A stretch of DNA of 63,669 nucleotides, the filler included, from Reclinomonas americana ATCC 50394 (taxonomy: Eukaryota), in assembly GCA_048213135.1 (NCBI GenBank). It is 12 parts of 12 records of this genome, joined end to end, with 100 filler letters (N's around TTAATTAATTAA, not from the genome) between each part and the next. Parts side by side here need not be neighbours in the genome. Positions count along the whole stretch, not along the records: positions 32,689 to 50,130 come from AFZH01020002.1; positions 50,231 to 54,044 come from AFZH01020003.1; 10 more parts are not named here. One strand, given 5' to 3'. Below, in pieces: positions 38,901 through 50,719 of this stretch; the first letter of the stretch is position 1, and every line of letters begins with the position of its first letter. The position numbers and the translations under genes were made by a program. A model generated the notes under the pieces. It did no database searches. It was given only the letters and a program-made list of their open reading frames with translations, and had not been told where the DNA came from.

Positions 38901-39916
38901 ACACAGATGCTGGAGGTGCGAGTGGACGAGTCATTTCCGGACGGCAGACCGTTCCTCGACTGGCTCCAACTACGACTCGACTCGTACAGTGCGAGGCGTG
39001 AAGAGAAAGGCGAGATGGCGAGCTCAATGACGTTGCCGGATGTGATCTTCTTGGATATGCACCTGCAGCGAGTGCATGGAAAGGAGACGATGGAGGCGAT
39101 CAGCAACATGTGTCGAGCGTATCGAGTTCACCGGCGACCGCTGACGGTGCTTATGAGTGGCGACGCCGTGTGTGTCGTTCCGCGCTCACCTGGTTTGTCC
39201 CCAGTCCTGTGCGCCGGTCGCCAGTTGTCCACCGTTACTAAATCTACACACAAACAGAGGTTGAAGATGATGGACCTGCATTTGTGCTGCAAAAGCCGAC
39301 TCCGAGGGTGAGTCGTCGTTGTGCGGTGATTGATAGCTTGCGAGTGCGAAAATTGCTGAGTTGGGTGTTGCAGACGGCTGTGCATCAGCTGTTGACTGCG
39401 GTCGCGGTGCGGCGAGGCATTCTTCCGCAATCTCATCCTTTCGAAATCGACTCGCCGCCGCTGATGACCGGTGGCACCCTGTCGCGTCGCACATCGAACT
39501 CTGCGCGATCTTCGGCAACTCCAGCGCGTTCATCGCCCCTGCATCACTCGAGGACAGCCACACTTCAGCAGCATCGACCGCCGCCAGACCCCACATCCAA
39601 ACCATCAGTGCCGTGGCTCAAGACGTCTCCGTCATCGTCCTCCACACCTATCCTTGGCGATGTGGCCGCGCTGCTGTCGCCCACTGCGATGCACTCGAAG
39701 TCGCCTTTGTCGCACTGTGCAACTCCAGCAAAGCAGAAACGGGTGGAGGACGCTGCTCGTATTGCCACTGAACTGGACCTGCCGTCATTGTCGCCACACT
39801 CGCTGATGAGCACGGTCCTACTCTACGACGGTGATGGTTGGTCGTCTCACAGCAGCAACGGCGACAGCAGCGCCCCTCCAGTTTTCTCGAGTGCACGAGC
39901 CTCGCCGATTAGTTAA
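35922..39916 (+). CDS. Membrane-bound hybrid sensor histidine kinase, copy A (multi-TM - coiled coil - HisKA - HATPase_c - REC)
   Basis: H-box FLSK|CSHELRQP, N-box QCLSNLLSNAIK|FT, G1 VADTGQG, F-box EPFYQ, G2 GTGLGLTLVR; receiver IVDDS...DVIFLDMHL...LMSGD...LQKP. An alternative in-frame ATG lies at 35853. Confidence 0.9.
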
Positions 39917-40184
39917 GATCGATGCGTGTGTGCGCGAGATAGATAGACAAACAACTAATGGTAAATGTACATTGTTTTGCTTGCACGAAGGAATCGACGA
40001 GAGTTGAGAGAAGAGTCGCCCGAGTAGGCAGTCAGCAGAATCAAACCTGTTTCATGCTTCCATTGGGTGCGCAGACACAACACCCTGCATCACCAATTCG
40101 GGAGGAGAGCGGAGAGAACGAGCCCCCCAGACGTGTGCTCTCGCTGTTTCTCGACACCTGCGCGCGCTCACACGTATTGGTGAC

Positions 40185-43100
40185 ATGCTGTCCACTGCCG
40201 CTAGCGAAGACCGTGACACCTCAGTGACAGCGACGCAGTCCTTGCAAGAGGCGGCCACATCGATGTTGCCATCGGAGGACTCTGTTCCTCTGAGAGCTGA
40301 TGCGGATGTCGACGACGATGCAGAGATGGCGGAGGAAGAGGAAGAAGAGGAGGAGGAGCACGGGGAAGGAGAGGAGCCATTGTTGCTGCCGGCGACAACA
40401 AGTCAGTACTTGGAAGGCGTTTGTGTCACAGTCGCCGCCTGTGTGTGTGCCTGCTGCACAGCGTTGCACTGGTGGTTCACGGAGCACAGTCTCATGAGTT
40501 ACATGCACTCTTCGTGCTGCTGCTGCCTCATGTGTGTGATGCGCTGACAGTGTTGCATTGTGATGACAGTGCTGTTCTTATTGTTGAGTACGCTGGCGGC
40601 GTTCACTGTGTGGTTTGTCAAGTTGGCGGGTACATGGTGGCTTTCGCCGCACGCGTGGCGGAAGATGATTTCGATTGCAGGAGGCCTTCGTGCCGTAATC
40701 GAGGTCAGTGAGGCATTACGAGTTGTCTTCGCTGCGACCTCACTTCTCATGTTCTGCAACACCAACAGATTATCCGTGCTCGCCGATGGACGTACATGCT
40801 GCTCGGTGTCACTGCAAACGTCATTGTGACTGCCTTCGTGCCGGCGATAAGGTGTGTGTTGGTTATCACTGTTGTTGTAGTTGGTGCACCAGTGAAAAGT
40901 TGACTTGTGAGTGCAGCTTGACACTGCTTACCTCGATTATTATGTCGGGCATTGTCACCACCTGGCTGTACCCCTCGCCGTCACTGGTTTGTGTGCTCCT
41001 TGTCCCTTCTGCAATCGTCGTCGCCATCGTTGACAAGTGCTTGCCTCTATGCACAGTCGGCATTGAACCTTTTGCTCAATTCTGCCGTCAACTGCTACAA
41101 GGCGTACTCATTCGGCCTATCACTGGTCTGTCTGCGTCCGTGCTTTGCTTCCGTGCGCGTTGCGTGCTGATTGGATGGGCATGAAGGATATGTGTTTTTT
41201 CGCCACCATCCAGCCACTGCTGCTGGGTTTGCGAGCATATGTTGCGTGTGCTGCGACTGCACTGCCATCACTCCTCTCCTCCATGTTTACTGTGCTACAG
41301 AACTCGTTTGGCGATGTGCACACGGCGATTGAGGACTTGCGTGTTGTCAACACTCGCATTCACGACACCAACACGAAACTGGAGTGTGCCAACACGTTGC
41401 TCACGGAGAAGGCTGAGGCACTCACCGAGGCCATTGAAGACAAGGATCTGTTTCTGAGCAAGGTGAGACCAAGTGCTGTGCAGGAGCAGCAGCACATGTG
41501 GTGCATCAACTCACTCTGTGTTTGCAGTGCTCGCACGAGTTGCGACAGCCTTGCTTCGGCATCATGTCGGCACTGGAGAGCTACACGTCTCTGTCGGAGC
41601 ACAGCGATCCCGCAATTGCCGAGGCCATCTCGTCGTCACCCAGCATCGAAAAGATTGCACGATACGATGATTCTTGTGTTGCGTGGACTGTCTTGTAGGC
41701 GTGTGTCTTTCTGGGTCAACCGAGTGTTCTCACTCCATTGTCAACCCCATGCAGGTGCACGACGGACTGCAGGCGACGCGAACACTGCTGGCTCTGTTGA
41801 ATGGTCTGTATCTGTGTGTTTGATGTTTTCATCGTGCTTCTTGCCACTCACGTCGTTGATCGTCGGCAGAGCTGTTGGATCTGATGAAGCAGAAGCGAAT
41901 GACCATCAATGTGAAACTGGCTCCCGAGTCACTGGTGGAGGTGTTGGCGTCGGGAGTACGTTGTATGAGGCACATGGCACAGAGGCAAGTCAACTGAATG
42001 CAGCAGCTTGAGTGATTGATTGCAGCTCACGATGGAAATGACCGTGTGTGCACAGTGCTGGTCTCGGCCTGTCACTGCGAATTGGTCCGATTCTCATGTA
42101 CCACTACCCACGTGGTGTGCGGACGTGGATGGATCGACTCCGGATCATTCAATGCCTCAGCAACTTGCTCAGCAATGCCATCAAGGTTTGATGGCAGAAT
42201 ATGAACTTGATTGCAGCAGTTCTGATTCTCACTTGTGAGTTGTTAGTTCACCGAAACCGGCTCCGTGACTGTAACTGTCGTTCTGGCCACTCGCACCAAG
42301 GCCGACCCAGAAGAGCTGGCACGCCGAGGCATCTGGGGAGGTTTCGTTTGTACTCACTCTGATACGAGATTGACACCGGACTGACGAGGTGCCGCTCCGC
42401 AGAACCGGAGTACATGTACTTGCCCATGTATGACATGCAGCAGTTCCTCGTGGCTCCGACACGCTTCGCGTCCGAGGTACAGGAGCACCCCTCCGAGTAC
42501 TACGTGCGCGTGTGTGTGGCCGACACAGGTCAGGGAGTGTCGCTGGAGGATGCAGCACACTTGCTGGAGCCATTCTACCAGAGTTCCACCAGTCGAACGC
42601 GACATCAGTTCGCCGGCACGGGTCTTGGTCTGACACTGGTGCGCGACATGTGTCGTACGCTGTGGGATGGCGATCTGTGGTGCGTATCTTCGAGAAGGTG
42701 GGGAACCGAAGGATACTTATATATGATTGCAGGTTTGAGTCGAAAGTCGGCGTCGGATCACGGTTCTACTTCTCCTTCCCCTACAAGCCTTCATCGTCAT
42801 CGTTTCGTCATTTTATTGTGTACTTGTGGTCATATCCTCCTGTTTGGTTTCTGACTTTGGACATAATGCAGCGACAGCAGCTCCGAGACGCACCATGACG
42901 CCAGTTTGCAACAGGCAGTTGTCGGTGAGACGGCGATGTCAACCGAGAATGTGACGCAAGCCAAGCCCGTTCGGGTCCACTCGCCTTTGCCGCAGCAGGC
43001 CAGTGCCCTACCGTCGCCGATGAACCAACGACCACAGCTGTCGTGTGTGATTGTCGATGACAGTCGCGTGGTGGTCAAGGCGCTCGAGCGGCTGTGTGTG

Positions 43101-44125
43101 TCGCATCCAGTTGAGTGTGCCGTCTGGTGGTTGTCTGGTGTGACACAGAAGCTGACTGCGACACAGATGCTGGAGGTGCGAGTGGACGAGTCATTTCCGG
43201 ATGGCCGTCCGTTCCTCGACTGGCTCCAGCAACGCCTCGACACGTACAGCGCAAAGCGTGAAGAGAAGGGTGAATCGGCGTGTTCGACAATGCTGCCGGA
43301 CGTGGTGTTCTTGGATATGCACTTGCAGCGAGTGCACGGGGCAGAGACGATGGAGGCGATTAGCAACATGTGTCGGGCGTACAGAGTTCATCGACGACCG
43401 CTGACAGTGTTGATGAGTGGTGACGCCGTGTGTGTTCTCCCACAGTCACAAGGTGCGGCTTGTGACGCATTTCTTTGTTGCTTGTTGCGTTCTCGCTGTT
43501 GATAGCCTTCCCACAGAGAGTGAAGACGACGGACCTGCATTTGTGCTGCAAAAGCCGACCCCGAGGGTGAGTCGTCGTTGTGCGGTGGTTGTCTCCGAGT
43601 TTGCTGACTTGGGTGTTGCAGACGGCCGTGCATCGCTTGCTGACTGCAGTCGCTGTGCGGCGAGGCATTCTCCCGGGTATGCACCACTGCACCGAGATCG
43701 ACTCGCCGCCACCGTTGGCCGTGAACAGCAATACCACGGTGGTTCCACCGTGTCCGCCGCCCACAGCACCAGTGCGATCGCCACCAAAGGCATTCCGTTG
43801 GGTTCCATCAAACAACACACCTCTGACGACGGCACCACTGCAGCAGCAGCAACAACGTCCTCGACAACGACCAAGATTACTGCGTTCTTCGTCGTCGTTC
43901 ACATCGTCGGTGGCCGCAGGCGAAGCCAGCACTTCCGAGTCCGCAGCGGAACATCACACTGCCACTCGTGCGCATGCTGCCAGAGTTGCCGCCGAGCTGG
44001 ATCTGCCGTCGGCGTCTCACCATTCACTGATTACCACGGTTCTTGCGTATGGTGTTGGCGAGTCGTCGTCGCACAGTAGTGGCAGTGCAAGTAGCAAGCG
44101 GGGGGGAGAGATGAGCGTGACTTAG
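40185..44125 (+). CDS. Membrane-bound hybrid sensor histidine kinase, copy B
   Basis: Same H/N/G1/F/G2 boxes and REC motifs as copy A; acidic N-terminus followed by a hydrophobic multi-TM region; stop TAG at 44125. Confidence 0.9.
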
Positions 44126-44334
44126 TGAACCTGTGTACATGGTGAAAAGTGCGCTCCCCTTGTTGTTTGAGCTTGGGGGTAAAACAAGGGGAATCGATGG
44201 AGGAGGGAAGTATTCGATATCCGTATTGCGCACCCGCGCACACCCAATTTAGGAGACTCAGGAGAGCGAAGAGAACCTGTCTCCCGGCAGCGTGCTCTCT
44301 GTCGCTGTTTCTCAGCACTGCACGTAAGGCGACC

Positions 44335-47300
44335 ATGCTGTCCGCTCGTGCGGATGATGGCCGCGAAAACACTGGTGGAGTATCGACGATGTCGGCAGCC
44401 GGAGTGGGCAAATTGAATTTGCCGTCATCGCGTTCGAGGGCTGAAGTGGCCGGCGACGATGCAGAGATGACAGAGGAGGAGGAAGAGGGCGAGGAGGAGG
44501 AGGAGGAGGAGGAGGCCGACGACGACCCACCGCTGGCGCCAATAACCACCAGTCAGTATTTGGAGAGCTTGTGTGTCACAGTCGCCGCCTGCGCGTGCAT
44601 CTTCGGCGGCGTGCTGCACTGGTGGCAGACCGAAGGCTCTGTGACAAGTTGCGTACACGCACGCACACACACACGCTCTCTCTCTCTCTCTCTCTTATCA
44701 TTCATTCTCTCACCACGTGCCACGGAATCCAGTGTTGGTTGTGTGGTTGGGACTGCTGGCGGCCGCCACTGTGTCGTTTGTCAAGTTGGCGGGTGCTTCG
44801 TGGCTTTCGCCATACGCATGGCAACGGATGATGACGATTGCGGGTGGTCTTCGTGCCGGAATCGAGGTCTGCACGATGACGAATCACTCGCTGATGGTCC
44901 TCGCCCTCACGCATTGTGTGTGCAGAGGATCCGCGCACGGCGATGGTTGTATGTGCTCCTGGGCCTACTTGCGAACGCGATCATCATTCTCTCCATGCAT
45001 CGATTGAGGTGTGACGCCTTGCGCGCCATCCAAGTCCAGAAAGTGCAACACCCTTCGTCTTAGTGAGTCTGCTGTTGCACACAGTTTCGTTCTTATTGGC
45101 TCGATCCTTTTGTCGGGCATTGTCACAACCTGGTTGTACCCCTCGCCGTCACTGGTTTGTAGTCCCTTCTGCCAATCTCGATGTCAGCATCGTTGACAAC
45201 CCTGCGTGACAAGATTGCGTGGAGTCTGCTGCTCAACTCTGCAGTCAACTGCTACAAGGCGTACTCATTCGGCCTTTCACTGGTCTGTCTGCGTCCGTGC
45301 TCTGCTTCCGTGCGCGTTGCGTGCTTATTGAATGGGCATGCAGGATATGTGTTTCTTCGCCACCATCCAGCCACTGCTGCTGGGTTTGCGAGCATATGTT
45401 GCGTGTGCTGCGACTGCACTGCCATCACTCCTCTCCTCCATGTTCACTGTGCTGCAGAACTCGTTTGGCGATGTGCACACGGCGATTGAGGACTTGCGAG
45501 TTGTCAACACTCGCATTCACGACACCAACACGAAACTGGAGTGTGCCAACACGTTGCTCACGGAGAAGGCCGAGGCACTCACCGAGGCCATCGAAGACAA
45601 GGATCTGTTTCTGAGCAAGGTGAGACCAAGTGCTGTGCAGGAGCAGCAGCACATGTGGTGCATCAACTCACCCTGTGTTTGCAGTGCTCGCACGAGTTGC
45701 GACAGCCATGCTTCGGTATCATGTCGGCACTGGAGAGCTACACGTCTCTGTCGAAGCACAGCGATCCTGCGATCGCCGAGGCCATTTCGTCGTCACCTGG
45801 CATCGAAAAGATTGCACGATACAACGACTCTTGTGTTGCGCGAAGCGTCTTGTCGTCTTCGGCATCATCCGAGTGTTCTCACTTCATGATCAACCCCATG
45901 CAGGTGCACGACGGACTGCAGGCAACGCGGACATTGCTGGCTCTGTTAAACGGTCTCTCTTTGTTTGTTCTGACGTGTTCGTCGTGCTTCTTGCCACTCA
46001 CGTCGTTGATCGTCGGCAGAGCTGTTGGATTTGATGAAGCAAAAGCGAATGACCATCAATGTGAAACTGGCTCCCGAGTCACTGGTGGAGGTGTTGTTAT
46101 CAGGCGTGCAATGTATGAGGCACATGGCGCAGAGGCAAGTCAACTGAATGCAGCAGCTTGAGTGATTGCAGCTCACGATGAAAATGACCGTGTGTGCCCA
46201 GTGCTGGTCTCGGCTTGTCACTGCGAGTTGGTCCGATTATCATGTACCATCACCGACGTGGTGTGCGGACGTGGATGGATCGACTCCGAGTCATTCAGTG
46301 CCTCAGCAACCTGCTCAGCAATGCGATCAAGGTTTGCTGTCCTAATGGGAATATGGTTGCAGCGATTGCGAGACTCATGTGTGAGTTCAGTTCACCGAAA
46401 CTGGCTCGGTGGCGGTGACTGTCGTTCTGGCCACTCGCGCAAAGGCTGATCCAGACGAGTTGACACGGCGTGGCATCTGGGGAGGTAGCGTTTGAGTCCA
46501 CCTCGTTCTCGAGATTGACGCCAGACTGAAGTGGTGCCGCTCCGCAGAACCGGAGTACATGTACTCGCCCTTGTATGACATGCAGCAGTTCCTCACGGCA
46601 CCAACACACTTCGCATCCGAGGTGCAAGAGCACCCCTCCGAGTACTACGTGCGCGTGTGTGTGGCCGACACAGGTCAGGGAGTGTCGCTGGAGGATGCGG
46701 CACACTTGCTGGAGCCATTCTACCAGAGTTCCACCAGTCGGACGCGACATCAGTTTGCCGGCACGGGCCTCGGTCTGACGCTGGTGCGCGACATGTGCCG
46801 TACGCTGTGGGATGGTGATCTGTGGTGCGTATTGCGGTGGAGGCGACTTGTGTTCGAGTGCGTCGGGATGTTCACCAACGATGGTTGCAGGTTCGAGACT
46901 CAAGCTGGCATCGGATCGCGGTTCTACTTTTCCTTCCCGTTCAGACCGACGTCGTCGCCGTTGCGTTTTCTCCTCTGCTGTGCTTGCAGTCTCGTTTATT
47001 TTCTTGACGATCGAGAGCAGCGGTGCCGACGTGGCAGCCACCTCCGAGACACCACAAAATCCCGACACGCAACAGGCCGCCACCGTTGAGACGGCAAAGT
47101 CGACAGAGAATGTGACGTCAGCCGAGCCCGTTCAGGCCCTCCCTCCGTCGCAACAGGCGACCAGCACGCCGCCACCGCCGGTACGCCAACGACCACAGCT
47201 GTCGTGCGTGATTGTCGATGACAGTCGAGTGGTGGTCAAGGCGCTCGAACGGCTGTGTGTGTCGCATCCAGTTGAGTGCACCGTCTGGTGGTTGCCTGGT

Positions 47301-48337
47301 GTGACACGGAAGCTGACTGCGACACAGATGCTGGAGGTGCGAGTGGACGAGTCGTTTCCGGATGGCGGGCCGTTTCTCGACTGGTTCCAGCAACGCCTCG
47401 ATGCGTACGGCAAGAAGCGCGAAGAGGAGGGAGAGACGGCGTGTTCGACAATGCTGCCCGATGTGATCTTCTTGGATATGCACTTGCAGAAAGTGCACGG
47501 GGAGGAGACAATGGAGTCGATCAGCAACATGTGTCGAGCGTATCGAGTTCATCGGCGACCGCTGACGGTGCTGATGAGTGGTGACGCCGTGTGTGTCGTT
47601 CCGCGCTCACTGGGTTCGTCCCTCTCACGTGTGTTTCCTGTTGTTGCAAGTTGTCTGTGTTGACAGCCGTTCCACAGAGAGTGAAGACGACGGACCTGCA
47701 TTTGTGCTGCAAAAGCCGACCCCGAGGGTGAGTCGTCGTGTGCGGTGATTGATCACTTCCTTGGGCAGGGATCAGCTGACTTGAGGTGTGTTGCATGCTG
47801 CAGACGGCTGTGCACCAGGTGTTGACCGCGGTCGCGGTGCGGCGAGGCATTCTTCCGCAATCGTCACATTCGCTTGCCACCGAGTCGCCGCCCGTGGCGG
47901 TCGGAAGCGTGCAATCACAGCGTGTGCCACGCGCGGTTCCACTGCGACCGCAGCCGAAAGCGGCGCCAGCAAACAAGGCCAAGGCAACCACCACAACCAC
48001 TTCGAGACAACACCGCCCACGATCAGCGCTGCATGCACAATCGCAGTCGCTGCGGATGCGGTCAAGGTCGTCGCGCTCATCTGCCTCATCGTCGTCGCTC
48101 GCCGGAGATACACGCACTCCCGCTGCGGAGCATTGGAGTGCCACTCACGTGCAGGCGGCCAGGGTGGCTGCCGAACTGGACCTGCCGACCGTATCGCAAC
48201 GGACGCTGATGACGACAGTCCTAGCCTGCGGCATTGGAGACTCTTCGTCGCACAGCAGCAGCAGCGGCAGCGTCAACAGCGCTCCTCCTCATTCAGTGCA
48301 CACGGGACACGAAAGAGGAGAGATGAATATTGCGTGA
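44335..48337 (+). CDS. Membrane-bound hybrid sensor histidine kinase, copy C
   Basis: Same exon structure and catalytic motifs as copy B; stop TGA at 48337. Confidence 0.9.
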
Positions 48338-48598
48338 AGCCGGCGCCGGTGTCGTCGGTGTGACAGCAAATGTATGGCGGTGGCTGTGTTCTTGAATGTT
48401 GCGCTCCTCTTCTTTTGTGTGGATGTGCGCGCCCGCGAGGTGCAAGTGCGCAAGAAAACGATTCGCCACGACGACGACGAAGCCGGCGACGGATTTGGAA
48501 AATTCAATTGCTCACTGTGTGTTTGTTGCACGCAAGCACGCGTGAGCGCGTAAAAGGGGTTTGCGTGTGTGCTGGCATTCACAGTGTGTGTGTCAACA

Positions 48599-50130
48599 AT
48601 GTCGGCAGCGAGCGGTGACGACGGTGGCGCAGCACCAACACAACCTCTGCCCTCCCCTCCCTCTCCACCAGCTCGCTCCTCCTCCGCCTCCTCTCTCTCC
48701 TCCAGAGAGGAGCGCAGAGCACGAGGCGCGGCAGAGGAGGAGAGGATAGTGGTGGAGGAGAAAATGGAGAAGGAGGAGGAAACGACTGTGAACACCAGTC
48801 AGTACATGGAGGGCATCTGTCTCACCATTGTCTCGTTCTTCTGCGCGCTCGGCAGTCCACTGCACTGGTGGCTTGTGGAGGGCAACCTCGCCAGTTCCGT
48901 ACGCGAGCACAGCGCCAGTGTGCGTATTCCTCACTTCCTCTCTCTCACACATGCGCACGCACGCGCACACACGCACACAGTGTTCCTGTTCCTCATGGGC
49001 GCTCTGGTGGTCATTACTGTGTGCTTTGTCAAGCTCGCGGGTGCCTCGTGGATGTCACCACGCGGGTGGTATCAGATGATATCAATTGCCGTCGGCCTGC
49101 GCGCCGGACTTGAGGTCTGTGAGCTCGTGAGATCTCTGCTCGCTCACTCACTCATTTGTGTACCGCACACCACAGACAATTCGCGCACGCAGATGGATGT
49201 ATGTGGCGATGGGATTGGTGGTGAACGGCACAGTCGTTGTATTGGTGCCAAGATTGAGGTGGTGTCTTCTTTTTTTCTTTGCTTCCTTCCTCTTCTGCTC
49301 GACTGTGACGTGGAGACTCACCGTGAGTCTGATTGGCGCAGCTTGGTGCTGCTCTCATCGGTACTGCTGTCTGGTATCATCACCACATGGCTGTATCCGA
49401 CACCGACGCTGGTGTGCACCATTTGTATTCTGCGCAACAAGATGTCGATTGTGGCTGATCGCGCGTGTTCTCTGTACGCAGACGGCGTGGAACATGCTGC
49501 TCAATGCAGCGGTGAACTGTTACAAGGCGTACTCTTTTGGCCTGCCGCTGGTCTGTCTGCGTCGCTGGCTCCGAGCGTGCAGCCGGTCGCGCAGCTCACC
49601 AATCCTTTATGCAGGACATGTGTTTTTTTGCCACCGTGCTGCCACTGTTGCTGGGTCTGAGGGCATTCGTTGCGTGTGCAGCGGGAAGGGGCGTCAGCTG
49701 TCGAACAACTTTCCGCCCGGGCTCACAACTTGCGCGCGCAGAACTACTTTGGCGATGTGTATGCCATGATCCAGGACTTGCGCGAGTTTATTCATCGCAT
49801 CAACGACACCAATACGAAACTCGAGTGCGCCAACACGTTGCTCACCGAGAAGGCCGAGGCGCTCACCGAGGCCATCGAGGACAAGGATCTGTTCCTCAGC
49901 AAGGTGAGACCCGGCGCAGTGAGTCAGCAGTGGGTGGATGATGTGAGCTCACACGTGCTGGCCGTTGCAGTGCTCTCACGAGCTGCGGCAACCGTGTTTC
50001 GGTATCCTGTCGGCACTCGAGGCGTACACGCCCCAGACAACGTCGACGCCGCACAAGTTGTCCCTCACAGTGCAAAATGAGTCTTGCGTTGCGTGCATGG
50101 GCTTGGGGAGAGAGGGGGGGAGGGGCTTCA
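48599..50130 (+). CDS. Membrane-bound sensor histidine kinase, copy D; truncated by the linker just after the H-box
   Basis: TM region homologous to B and C (SQYMEG, LHWW, FVKLAG, TTWLYP, NCYKAYSFG), then KDLFLSK|CSHELRQPCFGILSALE. Confidence 0.85.
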
Positions 50131-50285
50131 NNNNNNNNNNNNNNNNNNNNNNNNNNNNNNNNNNNNNNNNNNNNTTAATTAATTAANNNNNNNNNNNNNN
50201 NNNNNNNNNNNNNNNNNNNNNNNNNNNNNNGAGAGAGAGAGAGTGATGTGGCGATGGAGTGACTAATCGTCTTTTGTTGTGCCAG

Positions 50286-50682
50286 CCATTCCTCCCGCGC
50301 AAATCACACCGTCGACACTAAACGTGCCGACTGCCGGCTTGTCGTCGGGAGCATCGGTCGGCACAGTGTCTACCACATCAGGCACTGGATTTACATTCAC
50401 GTTGGCGGCGGCGAGTGGCAGCAACAACAATGCGCTGTTCACCATCGCCACACCGAGCACCGGTGCTGTTACGTTGGCGTCGGCGTTCACGTGGCCACAG
50501 GCAGTGACAAGTCGCACATTGGAGGTGGTGGTGTCAGATGGCACGTACTCGGCGACACAGTCGCTGACGATCACGGTGACGAACTCGTGTCCTGGAAACT
50601 GCAGCAGCCACGGCACGTGTGCTGCGGCGACGGGAGTGTGTACGTGCACTGGAGGATATTTGTCGTCTGCGTGCGGTGAGTT

Positions 50683-50719
<37 letters not shown>

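Noticed and set aside
35922..50130. Histidine kinases as bacterial contamination or recent transfer
   Set aside because: They contain many spliceosomal introns with the same donor signature as ATG9 and other host genes on the same contig.
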